Shown in pieces: positions 1 through 9,600 of a stretch of 50,400 nt of DNA (position 1 is its first letter; every line of letters begins with the position of its first letter). The position numbers were made by a program, and so were the translations under genes. Source of the stretch: Callorhinchus milii (lineage: Eukaryota). The notes beneath the pieces are model-generated. The model did no database searches and was not told the origin of the DNA. It worked only from the letters and a program-made list of their open reading frames with translations. Location of the stretch: assembly GCF_018977255.1 (NCBI RefSeq), contig NW_024705378.1, forward strand, positions 1 through 50,400. The letters run 5' to 3'.

Positions 1-1290
1 AACCCATACTAAAATCTTCGTGGTACATGCCCAAGGCTTTGATCTTCGATTTAACAAATGCGTTTTATCATTTTAGCACCATACCCGTCATAGTTCTTAC
101 ACAGGCTGAGATGATAATGAATAATAAAAAAGCTACTTTACATGAAATAATATGAAGTCACAATTAAGATTAGGTCTTTTTTGTGAAACAGAAGAAATTG
201 TCAATTTTGCTTCAATTTATCCCTGCGGCTAAGTGCAATGTCTTTCTCTGGTAATGAAAAAGAAACCTTACGACCCAAAGGTTTCGCAAGAATCCATTAT
301 AGTTTAATATTTAACAAAAAACTTGCCGCACAAACTCAAAGCCACTTCGAATTGAAGCGCCTCGCACACAAACCTCAATAACCCGGGTAACAAACTCGCC
401 AACCGATTTCTTTTGTGCTTTAGTGTCAGTGCACTTTGATCAATTTTTGTTTCCGAGGAAATTAGATTTTTTACGAGTCAAAAAATATGCGCCGGAGCAA
501 GCCACATTACGCTTTCGCGTGCCAGGCGGCAATAGTCGCAGCTTGTTGACTCCGGCATTCCTCAACAGTGGTGCACGGCAGAATCTTCAAACCTGCACAT
601 TACCCTGAGAGCGAGCCAACCCTCGTTGTTAATCATCTTATATTGAGGTGTGGGCTTAATGGATCTATTCACTGAGATTCATTGGCTTCCGTTTCCTCGA
701 ACGAAAACAGTTTGAGCAAATTGATATGCAGTACAATATTGGGTCTATAATATAATCAAAAGAGGGGCCGGCCTATGGGGGTGGCTCGTTTCTGCTGTAG
801 CAATGTGAAATTGCTTACCGATTGATCAGATCGGTATTTTGGAATGAGCACTGCCCCCAGGCCCATGTCACTTGAACAGGGAGAGAACTTTGAAATTTAC
901 CGACACTCCTCTTATAGTGATCTTGAGTCAAATGTGCAAAAATTCCGAATTCCTATCACAAGGACACTATCTTCTCCATAAGCCACTTTGGCAGGCTTCC
1001 TGCAAAGTGGTTAAACTAGGTGAGTATGTTTCATCTTGTTGAACTAAAGAGGGATGATGGTGATGATTGATAATGTTATGGATGGCAATAAATTATGGGA
1101 TAATGGCCAATATATTATGGATGATGGAAAACAAATAATAATAGTTATAATCGTACTGGAACTGAGCGGTCTTGCGTGAAGGAAAACGGAACATAATGTA
1201 CCAGCCCATGTTCAAACCCTGGAGGATGCTCCAGGAGTTCAGTCTCTCCAAGTAACGACCACTCTTGACCTAAGACACGACATGAGGCAG

Positions 1291-1351
1291 TTCATCATCG
1301 TCATAATCACCACCGGCCATTGTCTATCCACTGCTGGATTAAAGCCTCCCC
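1291..1351 (-). mobile_element. RTE-clade LINE 3' end fragment
   Basis: The minus strand reads GGGGAGGCTTTAATCCAGCAGTGGATAGACAATGGC (GEALIQQWIDNG), followed by a degenerate (TGA/GAT)n tail. This resembles the RTE ORF C-terminus (GEAFxQQW) and the related copy at 3986-4048. Confidence 0.6.
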
Positions 1352-1654
1352 ACCTCCAGGTGGTCCGCCGCGGGGCTGTGATCCAAACGCAGGTTGACCC
1401 GGAAACAATGTTTTTACCTTTTGTTTCGGACATTAATAAAAAAAATACTTATGATATTTCATACAAATTTTAAGTTAAGTAAAACTACCTTGATTAACTT
1501 ATCCTAACCCTAACGTCTAAATGCTCACCCCTAAAACAAAACCTTATAGCTGCGTTTAAGAAAAGTATATATATATGTTCCGGTAATATGACTCATGTTG
1601 TATGAGTGGTATTTAGAGAGATAATTAAATACGTTTTGTGAACAGGGGTGGCGG

Positions 1655-1729
1655 CTGGCTGAGAGGTCCGCGGAAATGTCTGCATCGGCTGAGTGGTTCG
1701 CGGACCAACAAAGAGTTGGAGAAACACCG
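1655..1729. mobile_element. possible hAT-type non-autonomous DNA transposon end
   Basis: GGTCCGCGG...GGTTCGCGGACCAACAAAGAGTTGGAGAAACACCG resembles the right end of hAT/Charlie-like MITEs (GGTTGAGAAACACTG). No convincing matching left TIR or TSD was found. Confidence 0.3.
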
Positions 1730-1738
1730 GGGTCGATC

Positions 1739-1977
1739 ATCGTGGAGGTGCAATGTCAGTGTTTGTTTACTGTAACCCTCCACCACCCGGCAGAGCCAAT
1801 CAAATCAAGTTGTCACGTCATGGGATAATGTGCCAGTTGATTTGAGTTTTCTACAAACCGGAATGTTATAACAAAAACAACCTCCATTGCCATATTTGCC
1901 CACGTGACAACTTGACTTGATTGACTCTGCCAGGAGGTAAGGTTATAGTTAAAACATTGGCATTAGACCTACACAAT
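1739..1977. mobile_element. palindromic MITE-like element, copy 1
   Basis: Inverted arms 1789-1818 (GGCAGAGCCAATCAAATCAAGTTGTCACGT) and 1902-1931 match at 28/30. Weaker inverted similarity extends out to about 1739 and 1977. A related copy lies at ~41620-41805. Confidence 0.75.
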
Positions 1978-2114
1978 CTAACAAATAGCAACTAATTATG
2001 AATTAAATTACACTCCTTTCACCCACTCAAACCAACCAGCTGGATGAAACATGGCCAAACCACCCCATCTATCAGTAATTATATTATCAACCCCAGAGAG
2101 ATGATTATGATGAT

Positions 2115-2190
2115 GACAACCCTGGCGGGGACCTGCAATCACCACCTCATAACTGAGAACACGGTGTTATGCCTCTTGAGCTACGTCCCA
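2115..2190 (-). mobile_element. degenerate tRNA-derived SINE head (tentative)
   Basis: The minus strand has an A-box-like TAGCTCAAGAGG and a poor B-box-like GATTGCAGGTCCC at roughly tRNA spacing. Confidence 0.3.
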
Positions 2191-3400
2191 GGCTACACGG
2201 CAGGTCAACGTCCATGCGTCGACGTTCTTAAACAACCGTGGGGCATTACGACGTCTCAATTAGCAGCATGCAAGCAGCAGCATCAACAGTGGTGGAAATT
2301 CCTCATTGGTATGGCCGGCCCAGTTTCACCCGTAGGAACCACCGCTTGAAAGTGTGTAAAAAAACCCACAAAGGTTGGAGTCGAACACAGGCTACTGAGA
2401 AGGGAAGCGTTTAAAAATCAATTGGCCGCGTCCCGTCAAGCTTTCGGCATTTCCGTAATGCATCGAGATTTATGGTGCGTGGCACCGCCGCCGCGATTAA
2501 CAGCTCGTATAAAAGCCCTGGGGCGGTCTCAACAGGAACTATTATAACTTCACGAGGTGTTAGACACCCGAGTGCGGTGAGCGTGTGGGCCATGCCAAAA
2601 TGGCAAGTTTATTCGCGTCTTATTATTTTCCAAACGCGGCCGCATAATTCATCATCATCATCATCTAGTTTATTATCTATTTTTTACATGACTAAACCCG
2701 CGACGCGCACATCAAGATCAATGGCATCAGATGTACGAGCGCGCTCTGGTGGTGAGTTTGGAGACCACGTTGGGTCTGCAGAACTTTCAGCCCCCCCCTC
2801 CCACCCCGTCTATTCTTGAGAGGTAGAAGCGATACGTTCCCGATGTTCTGGTCAATCCGACAAAATCCAAAAAATTGGGCCTCTTTAAGCAGTTGTTTCC
2901 CGGCGAGACACGAAATGTATTGTTTCGGATTGTGTCCGAAACTCTGACGTCACAAACCAGTGGTGCAAACTTTCACGCACCCCCCCCCCTTGTCGACAAC
3001 CCCGTTAAGTGACGTATTTTTTTTTATCGTGACAATTTTTGTAAACAGAAAAACCCCAACAGTTTTGATTTTCTTTCTTTCAAAATTATGACATTTAGTG
3101 AACAAATCAACGAAGTCATGAGTGTACAATGCATTGGAAATACAAAAATACGAAATAAAATCCCAGTTTGTCCATCATTTATTCTTATTATAATTATTCA
3201 CCCAAGAAAACCTCACTGAGTCTCAAGACTCTTTTCCAGGAGGGTTCTGCCACGTTTTTGCACGGGGGGGGGGGGGGGAGGGGGCGATGTTGCTGCTGCT
3301 CTGTGTGTAATCCCGATTGAGTGATTTGAAATGCATTTTTTTTACATTGGGATGTTTGGCCAATAGCAGTGACATTGTTTGGGGGGGTTTCTGTTTAGCA

Positions 3401-3520
3401 ATGAGAGGCAACTGGATAACCCAGAGGAAACCTACGCCTTTGTTAGGAATTGAACTCAGGGCCATTCCTGGCTGCAAGACCATACTGTAGTGTTGTGCTT
3501 CATGAAGCACTGAACGAGTC
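3401..3520 (-). mobile_element. degenerate tRNA-derived SINE with V-domain-like core
   Basis: The minus strand has B-box-like GAGTTCAATTCC (3446-3457), followed by GGTTTCCTCTGGGTTATCCAGTTGCCTCTCA. This resembles the V-SINE core GGTTTCCTCCGGGTGCTCCGGTTTCCTCCCA and the copy at 44570-44752. Confidence 0.55.
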
Positions 3521-3799
3521 AACTCCTCTAGCCCACAGGCCCGTTAATCACAATTACTCCAATGCAATTTCTAAATTCTTTCGTCTCATATTTTGGGAGC
3601 AAGCTATTTCGCCAATCAATGTCACCCCTCCGAGCTACATAAAATGGGCACCATCAGGTTGATTCTACACTCCTTGATGAGAAGCCAAACGTGGTCGTGT
3701 TATCACGAGACATAGTGGCTCCTGCAATGAAAATGCGGAATTTCCACCACTGGCTCAGGACCAACAATGAAGGCGCTTGCCACTCCATTGCTCATAAGC

Positions 3800-4048
3800 A
3801 GGAAGATGCTTTGCCTTTGATTTAGCCAATGGTAAGGAATGACTGCTGGCTATGAATAACTTTTCAAAACGAAAATGAAACAACCCATGGAGGTGTGGAA
3901 GGAAGCACCCGATGACAACCACGACGGTGATGGAGCCATGAGGGGGATTGTGGCGTTGCAAGACAGAGAGAAAGGCTGACGGAATGGGAAGGCCTTCATC
4001 CAGAAGTGAAGAGACATTGGCTGCTGATGATGATGGCGATGATGATGA
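3800..4048 (+). mobile_element. RTE-clade LINE remnant (3' end; possible endonuclease fragment upstream)
   Basis: 3959-4009 translates QDREKG*RNGKAFIQK* (RTE C-terminal AQDRxxW...GEAFxQxW), followed by a (TGA)n tail to 4048. 3843-3915 loosely resembles the RTE endonuclease motif LxxxNTFFxK...WTWxSPDG, with frameshifts. Confidence 0.6.
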
Positions 4049-5706
4049 AAGCATGACACTAAATCCAGTACGACACATGACAGAACGGTTATTTTTCGTA
4101 TGGCTAATATTGAGAAAGAACTGTAAGGTCGCATAGAGGTAATTGCGTCAGGAGTAGCGCAGCGTATCGCTGTGGTAACGCCTCCTTCGTGTTTGTGAAT
4201 CGGGCACTGAATCGTTCGAGCTTCCATGCTTTCTTCTGGGTGACGACAGTCGCACACCGGAGAGTTTTTAATTTTCCATTTGTGCATCATCATCATCATT
4301 AAGTTCCGCTTCTGCCACGGTTTGTGTGGATGTCGTTTGTTGTTCACCTAAAAGCAAAAACCATAGACACGTATATGAAAAAGACATTGGACAGTGTGAG
4401 CGAAACACACAGAAGCAGCTGTCCGCTGTCTGCATATTGTTCCAATCTCGCAGTGATATAAAGCTTGATTTAAGTATAGCATGGAATTTTCAAACCGCAC
4501 GCAATAAACAAATGCCAAAATATATCACGCTCTGCTAAGGGTGCCCGCAGGCACGGCTTACAAATCAGGCCGAAACCTAATGTTTAGTCAATGTATCGAC
4601 GCAGAGGCACACTGATTAATAGGGTGGGGGTATTCTGCATATACTGGGCCAGAGCTTGCATGTGATCGTCTTAGATTTCCATCAAATGGGACTCGGTGCT
4701 GATTTGAATGGGCGCCTCTGGGGGGGGGGGGATGAAACGCTTCCTGAGATACTGAGCAATTAGCTCTCGAGACTCGAGCTTAAAAAACACTCACATCACC
4801 TAACAACCCGCCTTTGCCTCGCTGGGAGCTCTGGGAGCATTTTTCAGATCAATCTCCTCATGGGTAGCGACACTCCTCCCGGTGATTACCTCGTAAGGAA
4901 AACGCCGTTTCAAGAGGCATCTTCAAGAAGGCAACGGCGATTTTTGGAGTTAATGAAGCACAGACCTCCCAAAAGAGGATGCTGCCTATGAAGCGAATAA
5001 GCTCCACTCAAAAAAAAGTGCACTACGGGGAAGGGTGGGGGGCATGGCTGGAAATCCATCTTAACATTGGGCATGGCTTTTGAGTAGTTATTGTCGCTCC
5101 GAAAACACTACCAGAAAACCAACCAAAGTCAGTGAGGCAGTCAGTTTATTTGGGGTAAGGCCGCTTGAGCTAATACGCTGTTTTTCAAACGTAACCCAGC
5201 CAAAAACGAATAAGCATGCCACATGGGAAGGGAAGGTTTACAGGAACTGCATTAAAACATTGAGGGAATTTTTTATAAACATGATTCATAAATAATAAAG
5301 GACCAGGGGCTGGAGGGACTGGGTCCACCATGAGCTTGGAGGTCATACTGAGGAGCGTGTGGCTACTGACTTTTAGTTCTGGAGACCTCAGGGCTGACAG
5401 TGTTAGGCCCTTGAGCTTGTCTGGAAGACTCTAGAGAGCCACATAGCGACTGAGACTGAGAGCCACCTCATCCCGTCTTGTACATTGAGTAGCTACCATG
5501 CCCGAGTCTGGTGGTGCTGAGAGCTACCAGTGAATGCGACTGTGACAGTGATTCCAGGAATATATCTGTCTTGTCAGTGAGTGGAAATACTTGGAGAACA
5601 TGTAATGTCATGTGCCCTGAGACCAGTGTAAATATCCGAGAAATCTCAAGCCTTGTTAACAACTGCCTTCTGGATTCAGCGGCCCTCATCTGGAACTGCA
5701 TGTATG

Positions 5707-6320
5707 TGTAGTGGCATAGTGCTGGCTGCTGGTGAAAAAGGGGAACTGCGGTGTATGGCAGTACTGAAGTCAGCAGGCCATGATATACACTAGAGGGGGA
5801 CATCTAGGGGAAAGGTCACAGAGGGGGGCCCATCAGGAAGCCTCGGGAACTCGCAAGTAGGTTTCAGAGAGGGGGCGTGGCCGGGACGAAGCGAGGCCAC
5901 GCGAAGAGTATAAGAAGGGCCCCTGTGAGGGACCTCGTGGCTGTTGCTGGAAGTGGGGTCCCCGTCGTGCTGTTCAAGATCGTCGTTACCATCTCGTCGC
6001 CATCGACGCTGTCGTCTGGTCGCCATCGTCTCTGCCATCTTCACTTGATATTGCTCTGCTCGATAGTTGTTGGCTGTCTCCGTTCAGCGCCGCCAGTGTT
6101 AGACGGTTAGTGTTGTGTGTAGGCTGGCAACAGTAATAGTGCATACCCACGTAGAGTTGTGTATAGGCTAGCAAGAGTAATAGTGTGTACCCACGTAGAG
6201 TTGTGTATAGGCTAGCGACTGTAGAGTGTGCACCCACGTAGGGTGTGAATTATCCCGATGGTATTCGTTAAATAAAATAAGTGCCTCCAAGTCTTACTGT
6301 CTCGGAGTTAAGTCACTACA
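5707..6320 (+). mobile_element. solo LTR (614 bp), probably Gypsy/Ty3 type
   Basis: Begins TGTAGTG and ends CACTACA (7-bp terminal inverted repeat, TG...CA). Flanked by the 4-bp direct repeat TATG (5703-5706 and 6321-6324). Contains TATA-like TATAAGAA near 5909 and AATAAA near 6271. No internal gag/pol. The superfamily is inferred from the 4-bp TSD only. Confidence 0.85.
6113..6242. repeat. 44-bp tandem repeat x3 inside the LTR
   Basis: Unit is approximately TGTATAGGCTAGCAAGAGTAATAGTGTGTACCCACGTAGAGTTG. AGGCT anchors occur at 6121, 6165 and 6209. Confidence 0.9.
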
Positions 6321-6396
6321 TATGTATGTTGAACCTCTTTCGCACCATACGTAGCCAACCATGCTAATCGAAGGTGCGAGGGAAGGACAACAAACT
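6321..6396 (-). mobile_element. 5'-truncated L2-like LINE 3' tail, copy 1 (tail continues at 5701-5706, split by the LTR)
   Basis: GTTGAACCTCTTTCGCACCATACGTAGCCAACCATGCTAATC matches four other copies in the window. The whole insertion 5701-6396 is flanked by the direct repeat GAACTGCA (5693-5700 and 6397-6404). Confidence 0.75.
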
Positions 6397-6434
6397 GAAC
6401 TGCACTGGGTTCAGGTTCACCAGGCGTGCCCCTA

Positions 6435-6585
6435 TTCAGTGATAACATTGCCTGTGAACTCTTAAACTGCAGTGACAACCTTGGTTGTGAGCTGCGCAAC
6501 TTCAGTGATACCCAATTCACGGACAGATTTAAGTTCCGTGGTAACATTCGTTGATCTTTGTAACTATGTCTGTGACCTTGTCCGA
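6435..6585 (-). repeat. degenerate 33-bp tandem repeat (11-codon periodicity; possible decayed coding sequence)
   Basis: Units start at 6435 (TTCAGTGATAACATTG), 6468 (TGCAGTGACAACCTTG), 6501 (TTCAGTGATACCC) and 6534 (TTCCGTGGTAACATTC), exactly 33 bp apart. A weaker fifth unit starts at about 6568. Confidence 0.6.
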
Positions 6586-6590
6586 AGTAC

Positions 6591-6620
6591 NNNNNNNNNN
6601 NNNNNNNNNNNNNNNNNNNN
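6591..6620. other. assembly gap (30 N)
   Basis: Run of 30 n characters. Confidence 1.
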
Positions 6621-6669
6621 TGTCGGGCTGCGGAGTTCTGGTGGAGTTCTGTCGAGGTCCGGGTTGTTG

Positions 6670-9600
6670 ATATCTTAAACAGTCCGAATGATCCGCCAGG
6701 TTATTGAGCAGTCTAATAGCCAAGTGCCATTACACTTCACTCAGATAGGCCTCGAGAGATCCGATTGCTCCTATTACGGCTTACTCAAACAAAGGGGGGG
6801 ACATTCCGGTTCCAACCACTCCTTTAATAAGGTTCGCACGAGGCGCAAGTTCGGCGACAATATTTGAATATGATACCTTACTGAAACCTGCAAGCGTCAT
6901 AGTGAGAACCCTAAAAAGCGGCATGACCGGTTAATGTCGCTGCTCATTGCGCGGGTTAGAGCCTTTTACATGATCAGGTCGACGCGGAGAGTCTTACTAA
7001 CTTATCACAACGAGATTGGACCAGAACTGAAGTCGATCTCCCCAGCATGAACTCAAATTTGCGTGTCTTGGCCCCTGTTATTATGACATAAACAAGTGCC
7101 GACTGGATTGTATTTGTTTAACAAGCCGTGGGCACTAGCTGCACTATTACTCACCATGCTATGCCCTCATCGGTGATTGCCCCTGCGCTGCGAACACCGC
7201 GCTATCCGGTAAACGTTTTCCCCCACCTAATCTTGCTTGATACGAGATCAATTTTTTGTGGGAGCTAGCCCAAATCAGGCAGCAGATGGCCGCTTTGGGG
7301 CGGTGGGGATTTCTTTCCAAAGTACAAGCATCTTGGTATATAAATCTCTTCAAATTTCGACACGGTGCTGGGGGGGTTAATTGGGAGGGAGTATGTCGGG
7401 GCCAACAATATTAGGATCGTTATACCCAATTGCTTACAGACTGCTCATATACAATAGATTTTACGTTACTATCGTGGCTGGCAAGTCCCGAAGCCACCCA
7501 TGACGAGTGGCCTAAGACGCCCCAAAACCCACAACCAGTCAGGACACAATAAGCTTTACGCTCACATCTACCACTAACCTTCAGCCGGTCTGAGAAAGCT
7601 CACGTATAACCGGGCGCCCTGTATTTACGGTGTGTCAGACAACTTGGTGGTTTGCTTACAGATCCGGGACCGACAAGCTATAACGAAGGGCATACTCGCC
7701 TCTACGTCCCCCTCTTGCGGTCCCGCCTCTGATAATTGGAGATGATCCGCACCGGCATAGGCGAGTGCAAACCCAGTCCATGCGTGGCGGAACCGTTGTA
7801 CGCAACTTCGAAGCTTTTTTACCCGATGATGGCGGCGGGGGTAGTTATATCGGTGGGTGCTGGAGTCCCTGGACCCAGGCTTATAACCCTCTCGTGGCGC
7901 CGCAGCCATACCAGAATTATTGACGTTGGATCACTCAGCCATACAGTGGCTATACCGTGGCCCTTAAATAAAATCGAGGCTTTGACCGACGGTGTTGTCA
8001 ATGATACTATCACGAGACTAACATATAGGTCTCTTCTCGTTACGCTAGGCAGCTAAGGTTAACCCCCGAGCTTTGAGCCCCGGGAATGGGATCATTAAAA
8101 GAAGGCAGGCCTATGACCATCGTGGCGAGGATCCACTCGTTGAACTAAGGACTGCCGGATGACACGCCTAAAGGGGGAGAGCGGATAGCCTTTTGTCACC
8201 GGCATACATGTCGAAAGCCCAGACATGTGAGGAGTCTGTTTACACTTCAATGTCAACCGACTAAACCCTTAGCTCCTTCGAACGTTTCGGCGACCCTTGA
8301 CCAGATCGTTACCAAATTTAAGATAGCCTGACCACGGTCGTCCAAACGCGAATGTAGTTCAGCGGTACCCTGTAGCGTCACCCCCTGGGGCCGCTTCTGG
8401 TAGTATCTGGCTTGGCACGAGGGGAGGAGCGGTAGCATACCACGGCGGATTACCAATCAATGCTTCTACCCGACTGGTGGATAATAGCTTTTGGCATCCA
8501 TATAGTACGAGGGGCGGATGATGTCATATAAAGTCAAGTGCCGCGAGCCCAGGGCAGAATCCTAACCCCAGCCCGTGAGTAAACCAAGAGAGGGGCGCAA
8601 TATTCGTATCGTTGGGCGCCTGAGGACTAGTCATTCCTGTAGCATATTCTCTACTAGCTTTCTAAGTGATTGCGGTGGACCAGCTGGCATACCGGTAAAA
8701 GTGTCGCCAAACGTCGTACATGGGGCATCTAACTTATTAACGATCCGGCACAGCATACTCCTGGCCTGGTGTCGGCCTTTCCATCTTCAGTGGCGTCACA
8801 GAAGCCTCGTTAGGTAAGCCATTCCCAAGTGAACGCTTCCGAAGATTGCCATTTTATAAAAGATTCACGTTGTTGATGTTCTCCGTCTACGCCTGATATT
8901 CATGCCATAATGCGTGCTTGCTGATGGACATAAACGCAGTAAGCGTATTATATCGAAAATAGCGGCAATTCGGCGTTGACTGATCAGAGGTCTCGCACAA
9001 AGGCATGATATACAGCGGGTTGACATTGGAAGTTATCTTCAAGAATCTTCCATATTCATTCCGCCTTCACGTCCATTCTGTTTCTGTCAGGCTCACAAGC
9101 ACCGTTATCTGGGACGACCTGTTGACCGACCGACGTTATAGGCATGTTACCGTCGGTGTTAAGGACTTCAGCGGACGGTAGTGGAGACGTGGGCAGGCCA
9201 TCCGTTCCGAGAAAGGTAATTACCTACCAACGGGAGCCATTGGTCTAAGCAATCCAACCGTTGTAGAAACAATGAAGCAATTTAGATCAAGGACGTGAAA
9301 TCTTTTACAGGCACGTTGCTATGGTGCGAACAAAGTCCAGGCTATTCCTGCTCCGGAACTCGTGTCCAAAAAGGTAGCGAATATTAATAACGACACATTC
9401 TTGTATTGGTTACTCACGCGTCAGCAGTAATGCCGCCTCGAGGACTTGTACTGCCGCTGGTATCTTTCTAGTGAAGAATGAGCATGGAGGCTGTTGGAAT
9501 GCCGTTCCGCGCTCTCTACAGCCTTTGAGGGCTCCAGCCCTCATATCATTGAGTCCCGCTCCTCGTGGGAGCTGGTCTGCTCAAGAGCCTGTCCGATCGA

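Noticed and set aside
983..1025. Possible micro-exon ending at AG|GTGAGT
   Set aside because: It is an isolated splice-like signal with no coding support or neighbouring exons.
2922..2942. 8-bp hairpin GTTTCGGA/TCCGAAAC (and a 7-bp one near 816-836) as terminators or regulatory sites
   Set aside because: Short stems of this size arise by chance or within old DNA-transposon fragments, and there is no functional context.
4545..4580. GGCTT-loop-AGGCC-GAAAC as a second hammerhead
   Set aside because: There is no CTGANGA core upstream.
5468..5803. 111-aa minus-strand ORF as a gene
   Set aside because: Its start lies within the LTR and crosses the insertion junction. It has no recognisable domain, and the frame hits another stop soon after.
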